From Candidatus Falkowbacteria bacterium (GTDB taxonomy: Bacteria > Patescibacteriota > Patescibacteriia > Patescibacteriales > UBA12465), in contig JBAXLJ010000004.1 of NCBI GenBank assembly GCA_037134915.1, positions 1-38,701 on the forward strand: DNA of 38,701 bases, read 5' to 3'. Below, piece by piece: positions 10,840 through 20,570 of this stretch. The notes beneath the pieces are model-generated. The model had not been told where the DNA came from, made no database searches, and saw only the letters and a program-made list of their open reading frames with translations. Position 1 is the first letter of the stretch, and every line of letters starts with the position of its first letter. Made by a program: the position numbers and the translations under genes.

Positions 10840-12045
10840 ATGGCCGAAATTAAACCAGAAATTGAAACTTTTGCTAAGATAAAAGTCGTCGGTGTCGGCG
10901 GCGGCGGCGGTAGCGCGATTAACCGAATGGTAAATAGCGGTATTAAAGGTGTGGAATTTGTGGCGGTTAATACTGATATTCAGGCTCTTCATTATAATAA
11001 AGCTAGTGAAAAAATTCATATTGGTAAGACAGTTACTCGCGGTTTAGGAGCAGGAATGAATCCGGAATTAGGTAAAGCAGCGGCGGAAGAATCGGAAAAT
11101 GAAATTAGGGAAGCTTTAAAAGGTTGCGATATGGTTTTTATTACTTGCGGCATGGGTGGCGGAACTGGTTCCGGAGCTTCGCCAATTGTGGCTAAAATTT
11201 CTCGTGAGCTTGGGGCTTTAACGGTGGCGGTCGTCACTAAACCTTTTGCCTTTGAGGGCGGACAACGAAAAAATATTGCTGACCGGGCTTTTTCGGAGCT
11301 GGCTGATAAAGTTGACACAATTATTACTATTTCTAATGACAAGTTACTGCAAGTAATTGATAAAAAGACTTCATTACTAGACGCTTTTAACATTGCTGAT
11401 GATGTGCTGCGCCAAGGGGTGCAGGGAATTGCCGAAATTATTACCGTTCCTGGTATTATTAATGCCGATTTCGCCGATGTTAAGGCGGTTATGTCTAATG
11501 CCGGCAGTGCTCTTATGGGCATTGGTCAGGCAACCGGTGAAAATAAAGCGATTGATGCGGCCAAGGCAGCAATTAACTCTAGCTTATTAGATATGTCAAT
11601 TGACGGGGCAAGAGGCATCGTCTTTACAATTACCGGTGGTGCTGATTTATCGATGAATGAGGTAAGTGAGGCGGCTAAGGTGATTACTGCTGCCGCTGAT
11701 GATGAAGCGAAGATTATTTTTGGTGCGGTGATTGATGAGAATTTGAAAGATGAGATTAAGATTACGGTTGTGGCCACGGGCTTTGACGGTAAGGGAAGCA
11801 ATACTATTAAAAATGAGGTTGTTAAAAATAGCTATACCCAGAATTCCTTTATTGAAGAGACTGAAAGAGAGAGTGTGCCCAGTTCCTCTTCTTGGGCTGA
11901 TAAAACTAAAACTAAACTCTCAGTCTTTAAGAATACCCCAATTAAGCCAATAATTGAAAAGAAAATGGAACAGCCGGCCACCAGTAATAATTCAGAGGAA
12001 GACGACTTAAGCGTCCCCGCTTTTATTCGGAAGAAGATGCTCTAA
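10840..12045 (+). CDS. ftsZ: Cell division protein FtsZ (ATG 10840 preferred over GTG 10828)
   Basis: VGVGGGG, GMGGGTGSG tubulin signature, NADFAD and C-terminal VPAFIRK. Confidence 0.99.
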   Translation: MAEIKPEIETFAKIKVVGVGGGGGSAINRMVNSGIKGVEFVAVNTDIQALHYNKASEKIHIGKTVTRGLGAGMNPELGKAAAEESENEIREALKGCDMVFITCGMGGGTGSGASPIVAKISRELGALTVAVVTKPFAFEGGQRKNIADRAFSELADKVDTIITISNDKLLQVIDKKTSLLDAFNIADDVLRQGVQGIAEIITVPGIINADFADVKAVMSNAGSALMGIGQATGENKAIDAAKAAINSSLLDMSIDGARGIVFTITGGADLSMNEVSEAAKVITAAADDEAKIIFGAVIDENLKDEIKITVVATGFDGKGSNTIKNEVVKNSYTQNSFIEETERESVPSSSSWADKTKTKLSVFKNTPIKPIIEKKMEQPATSNNSEEDDLSVPAFIRKKML

Positions 12046-12065
12046 AATTTTTTAAAAATACTTCT

Positions 12066-12095
12066 AAACTGACCCTGTAGGGTCAGTTTTTTTTT
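12066..12095 (+). terminator. Intrinsic terminator after ftsZ
   Basis: AAACTGACCCT/AGGGTCAGTTT followed by a T-run. Confidence 0.88.
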
Positions 12096-12236
12096 GTGTT
12101 AAAAGTCGGGGGTTTAAAGTTGTCTTCTTAAAAAGTTAAAGTGAAATTGAAAAATAATGTGAAATTTTTTAGGCCCATGAAGATTGGCTAATAATTTGTT
12201 CAGACTTTTTTAATCCCGTCTTTATTATTTTTTAGA

Positions 12237-12256
12237 TTCCCCACGATTTATCCACA
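12237..12256 (+). promoter_or_regulatory. DnaA box (perfect TTATCCACA at 12248-12256) with an adjacent degenerate box (TTCCCCACG)
   Basis: Match to the DnaA consensus upstream of the nrd operon. Confidence 0.6.
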
Positions 12257-12342
12257 GTGCCTAGGTAAGCGTCAATATTGTTATTTTTTCCTTAAAAATG
12301 AGCTATTTCATTTTTTGGCCGCTTAGTTTACAATAAGGATAC

Positions 12343-12391
12343 ATACAAGATGTAGTGGGATAAACAAAAAGACACCCACTAAATATTGTTA
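12343..12391 (+). promoter_or_regulatory. Tandem NrdR boxes (12343-12358, 12376-12391)
   Basis: ATACAAGATGTAGTGG and CCACTAAATATTGTTA resemble acaCwAtATaTwGtgt. They are 33 bp apart, directly upstream of nrdR-nrdD. Confidence 0.75.
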
Positions 12392-12437
12392 TCACTCCTC
12401 TTGACGAATTTCGGCTCTTTGAGTGATTAAGACTTTT

Positions 12438-12896
12438 ATGAAATGTCCAATTTGCTATTTTGATGACACTAAAGTCGTTGATTCCCGGGTGGCCACTGAT
12501 GGCTTATCCATTCGCCGGCGCCGTGAATGTCTAAAATGTGGTTTTCGTTTTTCAACTTATGAAGAGGTGGAAATTTTAGATCTAAGTATCGTTAAAAGGG
12601 ATGGACGGCGCGAATCTTACAGCCGTGAGAAATTAGTCAGTGGTCTCAAAAAGTCTTTGGAGAAGCGAGCAGTGACTGATGATAAATTTAAACAACTGGT
12701 TCACGGGATCGAGCGTGATTTACAAAAGTTAAAAAAGAGTGAAATCACTTCTCGTCAAGTGGGGCAAATGGTAATGAAACAACTTAAGAAAGTTGATCAG
12801 GTGGCTTACATTAGATATGCCTCGGTTTATGAGCAGTTTAAGGATGCTAATGAATTTAGAAAAGAGCTTAATAAATTAATCAAAGAGAAAAAATAA
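12438..12896 (+). CDS. nrdR: Transcriptional repressor NrdR (ATG 12438)
   Basis: MKCPIC...VVDSR...IRRRRECLKCGFRFSTYE, ATP-cone and VAYIRYASVY. Confidence 0.98.
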   Translation: MKCPICYFDDTKVVDSRVATDGLSIRRRRECLKCGFRFSTYEEVEILDLSIVKRDGRRESYSREKLVSGLKKSLEKRAVTDDKFKQLVHGIERDLQKLKKSEITSRQVGQMVMKQLKKVDQVAYIRYASVYEQFKDANEFRKELNKLIKEKK

Positions 12897-12968
12897 TTAA
12901 TTAAAGTTTTAAAGATTTTAGGCGGGACTCCTGGCCTTAATTAATCTCTAAAGCGTTAGCAATTTAGT

Positions 12969-15026
12969 ATGCCCGAAATCATCACTCAAATTCGTAAGCG
13001 GTCCGGAGACATTGTTAGTTTTGATCAGAATAAAATCACTAAAGCAATCAAAAATGCTCAAGAAGCGATTGATGCCCCGGATGATAAATTGGCCGAAGAA
13101 CTGAGTGCGGAAATTGCTCAGCGAATTGCTAAACACTTTCATCATAATACTATTCCTGCCGTGGAAGAAGTTCAGGATATTGTTGAAGAAACTTTAATTG
13201 AAAAAAAACAGATTGCCCTAGCTAAGACTTATATTATTTATCGTGATCAACACCGACAAATAAGAGACATTAATAAAGGGACTTCGGATGAAAAGTTAAT
13301 GCAGGATTATTTGGGCCGAGCTGATTGGCGCCTCAAAGAGAACAGCAATATGAGCTTTTCGGTTCAAGGTTTAAATAACTATATTGCCTCAGCGGTTTCG
13401 GCTCGTTACTGGCTTAATAAACTTTACCCAGAAAACATCAGGGCTGCTCATGTGAGCGCTGATTTACATATTCATGATTTAGGATTGCTCGCTCCTTATT
13501 GCTGTGGCTGGGACCTTAAAGACTTGCTGATCAAAGGTTTTTGCGGAGTCTCTGAAAAAGTTCAAAGCAAGCCACCAAAACATTTCCGTAGCGCTTTGGG
13601 TCAAATTGTTAATTTTTTCTATACGATGCAGGGCGAAGCCGCTGGGGCTCAAGCTTTTTCTAATTTTGATACTTATTTATCACCCTTTATCCGCTACGAT
13701 CATTTAACTTACAAAGAGGTGAAGCAAAGCCTTCAGGAATTCATGTTTAATGTTAATGTGCCGACTCGGGTTGGTTTTCAGACTCCGTTTACTAACGTCA
13801 CTTTAGACGTTACGCCATCTAAATTAATTGGTGAAGAGAATGTGGTTATTGGCGGCGCGACGATGCCTGAACAGTATAAAGATTTTCAAGCGGAAATGGA
13901 TATCTTTAATCAAGCTTTTGCCGAGGTGATGCTTGAAGGTGATTCGACTGGGAGAGTTTTTGGCTTCCCAATTCCCACCTATCAGATTGATAAGAAATTT
14001 GACTGGGACCGGGAATGTTTAAAACCAATGTGGGAGATGACTGCTAAATATGGGGTTCCTTATTTTTCCAATTTTGTTAATTCGGACATGGACCGCGATG
14101 ATGCAAGATCGATGTGTTGTCGTTTAAGACTTGATAACCGTGAACTTAGAAAACGTGGCGGTGGTTTATTTGGCGCTAATCCTTTAACTGGTTCTTTGGG
14201 TGTTGTAACTATTAATTTAGCTCGCTTAGGCTACTTATCTGAAAATAAAGATGACTTTAAGAAGCGCTTAACTAACTTGATGGAAATTGCGAAAGAGAGT
14301 TTAGAAATTAAGCGTAAAGTGGTGGAAAAATTTACTGACGACGGACTCTATCCTTATTCTCGATTTTATTTGCACGATATCAAGGAGCGCTTTGGTTCTT
14401 ATTGGCAGAATCACTTTAACACTATCGGTATAAATGGCATGAATGAGGCGGTTCTTAATTTACTGGGCCACGACATTTCAACTCCCGAGGGTCATGATTT
14501 TGCAGCGGAGATTTTGGAATATATGAGAGACAAGATGTTAGAATTTCAAGAGGCCAGTGGCAGTCTATACAACCTAGAAGCAACTCCTGGTGAAGGCTGC
14601 ACCTATCGTTTCGCTAAAAAAGATAAAGAAGTTTATCCAGAAATTATTTGTGCAAACGATAAAGCTTTTAAAGAAAGTGGCACTCCGCCTTATTACACTA
14701 ATTCCAGTCACTTGCCAGTGGGCTTTACTAATGATATTTTTACCGCCTTGGATTTACAAGATGATTTGCAAGTTAAATATACCGGCGGCACCGTGCTCCA
14801 TGGTTTCTTGGGTGAAAGAATTAAGGATGGCGAAGCGACTAAGAAATTAGTTCATAAGATTATCGATAATTATAAATTGCCATACTTTACCATCACGCCA
14901 ACTTTTTCGGTCTGTCCTAAACACGGATACTTATCAGGGGAACATAAGTATTGCCCGAAGTGTGATGAAGAAATAGGTTTTTCTCCAGAAAACGATGTGA
15001 TGGTTCAGCGATTAGCCAATACTTAA
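12969..15026 (+). CDS. nrdD: Anaerobic (class III) ribonucleoside-triphosphate reductase, large part lacking the glycyl-radical loop
   Basis: N-terminal ATP-cone, HIHDL, YCCGW, SMCCRL, EATPGEG, YTGGT and CPKHGY..CPKC zinc site; no RVxG motif before the stop. Confidence 0.93.
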   Translation: MPEIITQIRKRSGDIVSFDQNKITKAIKNAQEAIDAPDDKLAEELSAEIAQRIAKHFHHNTIPAVEEVQDIVEETLIEKKQIALAKTYIIYRDQHRQIRDINKGTSDEKLMQDYLGRADWRLKENSNMSFSVQGLNNYIASAVSARYWLNKLYPENIRAAHVSADLHIHDLGLLAPYCCGWDLKDLLIKGFCGVSEKVQSKPPKHFRSALGQIVNFFYTMQGEAAGAQAFSNFDTYLSPFIRYDHLTYKEVKQSLQEFMFNVNVPTRVGFQTPFTNVTLDVTPSKLIGEENVVIGGATMPEQYKDFQAEMDIFNQAFAEVMLEGDSTGRVFGFPIPTYQIDKKFDWDRECLKPMWEMTAKYGVPYFSNFVNSDMDRDDARSMCCRLRLDNRELRKRGGGLFGANPLTGSLGVVTINLARLGYLSENKDDFKKRLTNLMEIAKESLEIKRKVVEKFTDDGLYPYSRFYLHDIKERFGSYWQNHFNTIGINGMNEAVLNLLGHDISTPEGHDFAAEILEYMRDKMLEFQEASGSLYNLEATPGEGCTYRFAKKDKEVYPEIICANDKAFKESGTPPYYTNSSHLPVGFTNDIFTALDLQDDLQVKYTGGTVLHGFLGERIKDGEATKKLVHKIIDNYKLPYFTITPTFSVCPKHGYLSGEHKYCPKCDEEIGFSPENDVMVQRLANT

Positions 15027-15067
15027 AAATAATTAATAAATATATAATAAATTTAAATACAAATAAT

Positions 15068-15214
15068 ATGAGCCCAATCCAAACTCAAAGACAGGAGTGC
15101 ATTGTTTATAGCCGCGTAGTTGGCTGGCTAACTCCAGTTAGAAATTTTAATCCAGGAAAAACTTCAGAATATGGCGATCGTTTAACTTATAAAGTTGAGG
15201 AAGAAAATTGTTAA
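15068..15214 (+). CDS. Stand-alone NrdD C-terminal glycyl-radical peptide (48 aa, absent from the ORF track)
   Basis: Translates to MSPIQTQRQECIVYSRVVGWLTPVRNFNPGKTSEYGDRLTYKVEEENC, the YSRxxG..P...N.GK..E..DR NrdD tail. Confidence 0.9.
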   Translation: MSPIQTQRQECIVYSRVVGWLTPVRNFNPGKTSEYGDRLTYKVEEENC

Positions 15215-15304
15215 TAAATAGTTAAGGAATCCGAAGACAAGCGAAGAGCCTTCTTCGCTTTAGAAGCCGCTTTAGTTTGTCCCCGTCTCCACAAGTTTAA
15301 ACAT

Positions 15305-16024
15305 ATGTTAATTGGCGGACTTGAAAAAATGACTTTGATCGATTACCCCGATCAATTAGCGGCCATAGTTTTTACTAAAGGCTGTAACTTCCGTTGCCAC
15401 TTTTGCTATAACCCCCTGCTTGTCTGGCCCGAGAGGGAAACAGACGAAAAAAAATATGAGAAAACTTGTCCTACGATTTCGGAGGATGAGTTTTTTCTTT
15501 TTTTGCGTAGCCGCGTGGGAAAATTAGATGGAGTGGTTATCACTGGTGGTGAACCAACTATGCATCATGACTTACCGGAATTTATAAAAAAAATTAGAAC
15601 ACTGGGTTATAAGATAAAATTAGACACTAATGGGACTAATCCTAAAATGTTAGCCAGATTACTCGCGGAAAATTTGTTAGATTATATCGCCATGGATTTA
15701 AAAGCGCCCTTGTCTAAATATGAGCGTGTTGTGGGTGTTAAGATAAACTGTCAGGATTTAGAAAATAGTGTTAAAATGATATCTGAAAGTGGTTTACCCT
15801 TTGAATTTCGCACCACTGTGGTCCCTGGTTTACTAGAGTTAGCTGATTTTGAATCAATGGGGCAAACTATCAAAGGAGCCGATGCTTGGTACTTACAGAA
15901 ATTTAAATCAGATACCCCCCTAGTTGATAGGGAGCTTGAAAAAAACTTGCCATTTTCTGATCAGGAAATGAAGGCTATGGTGGAAATCGGCCGGCGTTAT
16001 GTAAAAATTTGTGAATTAAGATAA
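15305..16024 (+). CDS. nrdG: Anaerobic RNR activating radical-SAM protein
   Basis: GCNFRCHFC (CxxxCxxC), ITGGEPT and LDTNG; follows nrdD. Confidence 0.93.
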   Translation: MLIGGLEKMTLIDYPDQLAAIVFTKGCNFRCHFCYNPLLVWPERETDEKKYEKTCPTISEDEFFLFLRSRVGKLDGVVITGGEPTMHHDLPEFIKKIRTLGYKIKLDTNGTNPKMLARLLAENLLDYIAMDLKAPLSKYERVVGVKINCQDLENSVKMISESGLPFEFRTTVVPGLLELADFESMGQTIKGADAWYLQKFKSDTPLVDRELEKNLPFSDQEMKAMVEIGRRYVKICELR

Positions 16025-16028
16025 AAAT

Positions 16029-16286
16029 ATGGATAGTGAAATAAAAGCCAATAGCCGCGACCTTGACCTAATGGACCAGCAAAATAAGTTGTTGCAACAT
16101 AATTTAGAGTTAAGTCAAGAAATCTTGGAGAAAACTGAGGCGATTCGGATTTATATTAAATGGCAGAAAATTTGGTCAACTGTTAGAATGCTAATTATTA
16201 TTATTCCTTTAGTCATTGGTTTTATATATTTGCCACCACTGATTAAAGACTATCTGACTAAAATTTCTTCTTTATACAATAAATAA
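16029..16286 (+). CDS. Small single-TM hypothetical protein
   Basis: Coiled-coil followed by a TM helix; operonic spacing. Confidence 0.7.
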   Translation: MDSEIKANSRDLDLMDQQNKLLQHNLELSQEILEKTEAIRIYIKWQKIWSTVRMLIIIIPLVIGFIYLPPLIKDYLTKISSLYNK

Positions 16287-16289
16287 AAT

Positions 16290-18281
16290 ATGAGTAACGA
16301 GAATATAGCAGCTTTTGCTCAGACAACATTTCGGAACGAGTTTAAAAAATTCGGCATTAAAACTGACGACAGACGTCGGCATATGTATTTGATTGGTAAA
16401 ACCGGTATGGGGAAGTCAACGGTTTTAGAAAACATGATAATTGACGATATCAGAGCGGGTCGTGGTGTGGCTGTTGTTGATCCTCATGGCGATTTGGCTG
16501 AAAAAATCATGCAATACATTCCGGCAGACCGAGTTAAGGATGTAATATATTTTAATCCGGCGGATATGGAGTATCCGATTGCGTTTAACGTGGTTGAGCA
16601 AGTAGAGCATCACTTACAACACTTAGTGGCCTCGGGTCTTATTGGCGTCTTTCAGAAATTATGGGCTGATTCTTGGGGGCCTCGTTTGGAATATATTTTA
16701 CGTAACGCTATTTTAGCGATTTTAGATTTTCCCGGTTCAACTTTACTTGGAGTCGTGAGAATGTTAAGCGACAAAGCTTATCGAAAAAGAGTGGTGGCCA
16801 ACATTAAAGACCCGGTCGTTAAAGCCTTCTGGGAGAAGGAGTTTGCTAGTTATGCTGATAAATTTGCTTCTGAAGCCGTATCGCCAATTCAGAATAAGGT
16901 GGGTCAATTCTTGTCGAGCGCTTTAATGAGAAATATTGTCGGTCAAGTTAAATCATCCATTGATTTGCGTGACATTATGGATAATGGCAAAATTCTGATA
17001 ATGAACCTTTCAAAGGGCAGAATTGGAGAAGACAACTCCGCTTTGCTCGGGGCGATGATGATTACTAAAATTCAATTGGCGGCCATGAGCCGGGTTGATA
17101 TTCCAGAAAAGGAACGTCGCGATTTTTATCTTTACATCGATGAGTTCCAAAATTTTTCAACTGATTCCTTTGCCAATATTTTATCGGAGGCCAGAAAATA
17201 TCGTTTAGATTTAATTCTAGCTCATCAATACATTGAACAATTGACTGAAAAAGTGAAGCCGGCGGTTTTTGGTAATGTCGGCACTATGATTGCTTTTCGA
17301 GTCGGGGCCGCTGATGCTGAAGAACTGGCTAAAGAATTCATGCCGACTTTTAATGAAGAAGATTTGGTTAATTTACCGAAGTACGAAATGTACTTGAAAC
17401 TTATGATTGATGGGATTACGTCGGCGCCATTTTCAGCTCGGGGGTTGCCACCTTTAACTGAGGCCGAGAGAACCGGGCAAGAAGAAAAAACTATTAGATT
17501 TTCTAGAGAAAAATATGCCACTCCTCGAAGCATTGTGGAGGAGAAGATTATGAGCTGGCATGAAAGTTCTGATGAGGGTGATAAACGCGTGGAACGCCCG
17601 TTAACGGTTAGTATCCCTTCAGCTAGTGGTAATAATACAAATAGCCAAATTATACCAGCAGCGCGTACTTATGAACCCCAGGGCGGCGAAGGTTATCGAA
17701 CTAATTGTGCTCTGTGTGGTAACGTTACTTTTACCCCCTTTGAGCCTGATGGTGTTCGACCCGTTTTTTGTAAACAATGTTTAAGTAAGAAGAAAGAGGA
17801 GCGAAAAATAGAAATGGAGGGGCGACAGGGAATTAAAACGGTGACTACAAATCAGCCAGCCGCTCAAATTGTAACTTCAATTAATAAACCTTTGGCTAAA
17901 GTTGAGGTGCCAGTTGTTTTAACTCCAACTCCAACTCCGATTCTAAAAGCAACGCCTATAGTAACTAGACCTAATAATCCAGTTGTTAGGCAAAATACGC
18001 CGGTTAAAATGCCAAATATTGTAAAACCACAGCCTTTTAGACCTTCAAGTATGGCGACTTTTGAAGTTCCTCAGGCACCAGTTTCAACTTTATCTTTAGG
18101 AGATTTGAGCTCGGCGCAGCCTTTAAATTTTAAGGGGCGGCCTGACACTATTAAATCTGAAAAGAAAAACTTAGATATTTCTGAAAAAGAAAGTGACGGC
18201 GAAACTTTAAGAAATTGGCCGACTGGCGATGAAAATTGGTCAGAAGGTGAAGAGATTGATTTAAAAAACCAAGATAAATAA
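16290..18281 (+). CDS. VirD4/TraD/TrwB-like (T4SS DNA-binding domain) ATPase with CxxC-x17-CxxC zinc domain
   Basis: Walker A GKTGMGKS, DPHGD, LYIDEFQN, SEARKY, AHQY; CALC...PFEPDGVRPVFCKQC; disordered tail. Confidence 0.88.
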   Translation: MSNENIAAFAQTTFRNEFKKFGIKTDDRRRHMYLIGKTGMGKSTVLENMIIDDIRAGRGVAVVDPHGDLAEKIMQYIPADRVKDVIYFNPADMEYPIAFNVVEQVEHHLQHLVASGLIGVFQKLWADSWGPRLEYILRNAILAILDFPGSTLLGVVRMLSDKAYRKRVVANIKDPVVKAFWEKEFASYADKFASEAVSPIQNKVGQFLSSALMRNIVGQVKSSIDLRDIMDNGKILIMNLSKGRIGEDNSALLGAMMITKIQLAAMSRVDIPEKERRDFYLYIDEFQNFSTDSFANILSEARKYRLDLILAHQYIEQLTEKVKPAVFGNVGTMIAFRVGAADAEELAKEFMPTFNEEDLVNLPKYEMYLKLMIDGITSAPFSARGLPPLTEAERTGQEEKTIRFSREKYATPRSIVEEKIMSWHESSDEGDKRVERPLTVSIPSASGNNTNSQIIPAARTYEPQGGEGYRTNCALCGNVTFTPFEPDGVRPVFCKQCLSKKKEERKIEMEGRQGIKTVTTNQPAAQIVTSINKPLAKVEVPVVLTPTPTPILKATPIVTRPNNPVVRQNTPVKMPNIVKPQPFRPSSMATFEVPQAPVSTLSLGDLSSAQPLNFKGRPDTIKSEKKNLDISEKESDGETLRNWPTGDENWSEGEEIDLKNQDK

Positions 18282-18334
18282 GAAATTGCTGTTTATTGTT
18301 TGTTCTTCAAAGTAGATCAGCAAGTGATAATTTT

Positions 18335-18907
18335 ATGTATTTATTTTTTGATACTGAGACCACCGGTTTGCCGCGTGATTATAAAGCCCCAGCTTCTGAT
18401 TCGGCTAATTGGCCGCGACTAGTTCAGATTGCCTGGAGTTGGTATGACGAGAACGGTAACGTTTGGGACAGTTATAGTTACGTGATTAAACCTAATGGTT
18501 TTGTAATACCTGAAGAAGTGGCCAAGATTCACCGGGTAACTCAGCAGCGCGCTGAAGCTGAGGGGCTTGATTTAGAAGTCGTTTTAAAGCAGTTTTCTCA
18601 GGAAATTAAAAAGGCAGAATTTATTGTCGCGCATAATATTGATTTCGATGATAAAATAATTAGTGCGGAATTATATCGTTTAAATTTAGAAAATGTTTTA
18701 GAATCCGCTCGTAAGATTTGTACCATGAAGAGTAGCGTTGATTTTTGTCGTATCCCTAATGCCTATGGACGTTATAAATGGCCTAATTTGGATGAATTGC
18801 ATAATTGTTTATTTGGTGTAGGCTTTCCCGATGCCCATGATGCCTTAATCGATGTTAATGCTTGCGCTAAATGCTTTTTTGAGCTAAAAAATAGAAACGT
18901 ACTATAA
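18335..18907 (+). CDS. DEDDh 3'-5' exonuclease (DnaQ-like); ATG 18335
   Basis: FDTETTG, AHNIDFD and AHDALID motifs. Confidence 0.92.
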   Translation: MYLFFDTETTGLPRDYKAPASDSANWPRLVQIAWSWYDENGNVWDSYSYVIKPNGFVIPEEVAKIHRVTQQRAEAEGLDLEVVLKQFSQEIKKAEFIVAHNIDFDDKIISAELYRLNLENVLESARKICTMKSSVDFCRIPNAYGRYKWPNLDELHNCLFGVGFPDAHDALIDVNACAKCFFELKNRNVL

Positions 18908-18926
18908 ACGTTTTTATTTTAAATAA

Positions 18927-20507
18927 ATGACAGATTATCTTAAAATTGGCAAGGCGACAGAACTCACGGGTTATGATCGCAAATTGTACCGTGGACTAGA
19001 AATGGTGCCAGGCATTTTATCGCTCGGGACTCTTCTTATTTTAATTATATTTTCTTACTTTAAGCCAGTTTGGGTGGCCTATTTTTTAATTGCCTTTGAT
19101 GTCTATTGGTTGCTTCAAGTGATTTATTTAGCCTTGTATCTGGTCTCTTCTTATCGCAAGGTGCGCAAGAATGTTAAAGTGAATTGGCAGGAGCGCTGTC
19201 TCTTTCTAACACCTGATTCTAATCTGCCAACCGACTGTTTAACCAGACAGGGTTTAAAATGGTCGGAGCTACAGCAACTGATTATTCTGCCCACTTATAA
19301 TGAGGACGTAGAAATAATTCGCACCGCGCTCAATTCTTTGCTAGATGACGGCTTTCCGCCCGAGCAGATGATAGTGGCCGTGGCCATGGAAGAGCGAGCC
19401 GGCGCCGAAGCCCAGGTCCGTGCTAAATTAATTACCGCTGAATTTGCCTCTAAGTTTCGTCGCTTTATTATTACTTTTCACCCAGATGGCATTACTGGGG
19501 AACTAAAAGGTAAAGGAGCGAACCAGTCTTGGTGTGGTAAGCAAGTAAAAAGAGAAATTATTGATCCCGAAAGCATTCCTTATGATAAGATTTTGGTATC
19601 AGTTTTTGATATTGATACCGTTGTTCGACCTGGTTATTTTTTTGCACTGTCTTATAAATTTTTAACAATTTCTAATCCTTACCGGGCTTCTTATCAGCCG
19701 GTGCCGGTTTATCACAATAACGTTTGGGGGGCACCATTTTTTTCTCGAGTCGCCGCCGCCTCTAATACTTTTTGGCAGATGATGATGCAAATTCGCCAAG
19801 AAAAATTAGTCACTTATTCTTCTCATTCGATGACATTTAAAGCTCTAGTTGATATTGGTTTTTGGTCAACTAAAATGGTCAGCGAAGATTCTCGAATATT
19901 TTTTCACTGTTTAGTTTATTACAAAGGTGATTATAGAGTTGAACCTTTGTATGTTATGGTTTCAATGGATGCGACAACCGATAAAAGTTTCTTAAGAACA
20001 GCCCGTAGTTTATATAAGCAACAGCGTCGTTGGGCTTGGGGCGCCGAGAATGTCGCTTATCTCATTTTTAATTATTTAAAAATGAAACGGGAGCCCGGCG
20101 ATAATAAAAAAAGAGTTTTTAATCATATATTAATTCAGCTCTATGGTTTTCATTCTTGGGGAACAAGCGCTTTAATTATTGCGGTCATTGGTTGGCTGCC
20201 AATGTTACTCGGTGGTGATCGTTTTAATTCCACAGTGCTTTCGGGAAATTTACCAGCTATCTCTACTAACTTAATGAATTTGGCGATGATCGGCATGATC
20301 TTGTCAGCTATTGTTTCTAATTTGTTATTGCCTAAACGGCCCAAGAAATATTCTATTTGGAAGAGCGTGGCGATGGTGGTGGAATGGGTTTTTGTGCCAG
20401 TGACAATTGTGATTTTTGGTGCCATTCCTTGTCTGGACGCGCAAATTCGTTTGATGTTCGGTAAGTATATGGGGTTTTGGGTGACACCAAAAGAACGACA
20501 CGAATAA
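18927..20507 (+). CDS. Processive-type glycosyltransferase family 2 membrane protein
   Basis: LPTYNE, KG, DID (DxD), SED and QQRRW (QxxRW); flanking TM helices. Confidence 0.88.
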   Translation: MTDYLKIGKATELTGYDRKLYRGLEMVPGILSLGTLLILIIFSYFKPVWVAYFLIAFDVYWLLQVIYLALYLVSSYRKVRKNVKVNWQERCLFLTPDSNLPTDCLTRQGLKWSELQQLIILPTYNEDVEIIRTALNSLLDDGFPPEQMIVAVAMEERAGAEAQVRAKLITAEFASKFRRFIITFHPDGITGELKGKGANQSWCGKQVKREIIDPESIPYDKILVSVFDIDTVVRPGYFFALSYKFLTISNPYRASYQPVPVYHNNVWGAPFFSRVAAASNTFWQMMMQIRQEKLVTYSSHSMTFKALVDIGFWSTKMVSEDSRIFFHCLVYYKGDYRVEPLYVMVSMDATTDKSFLRTARSLYKQQRRWAWGAENVAYLIFNYLKMKREPGDNKKRVFNHILIQLYGFHSWGTSALIIAVIGWLPMLLGGDRFNSTVLSGNLPAISTNLMNLAMIGMILSAIVSNLLLPKRPKKYSIWKSVAMVVEWVFVPVTIVIFGAIPCLDAQIRLMFGKYMGFWVTPKERHE

Positions 20508-20570
20508 AGTTAGAATTTTTTCTTCGAGTCTGCTATATTATAAGTAGCTTTTTAATTTAAATTATCTAAA

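Noticed and set aside
12237-12256. Replication origin oriC
   Set aside because: Only one perfect DnaA box, no dnaA/dnaN nearby, and regulation of nrd is a sufficient explanation.
15226-15290. Hairpin AAGCGAAGA/TCTTCGCTT between the nrdD tail gene and nrdG as an ncRNA
   Set aside because: A single hairpin with only a short T-run and no recognisable family; may be a weak attenuator or stability element.
16290-18281. Conjugative element (ICE)
   Set aside because: A lone coupling-protein-like ATPase among housekeeping genes, without relaxase, VirB genes or att sites.
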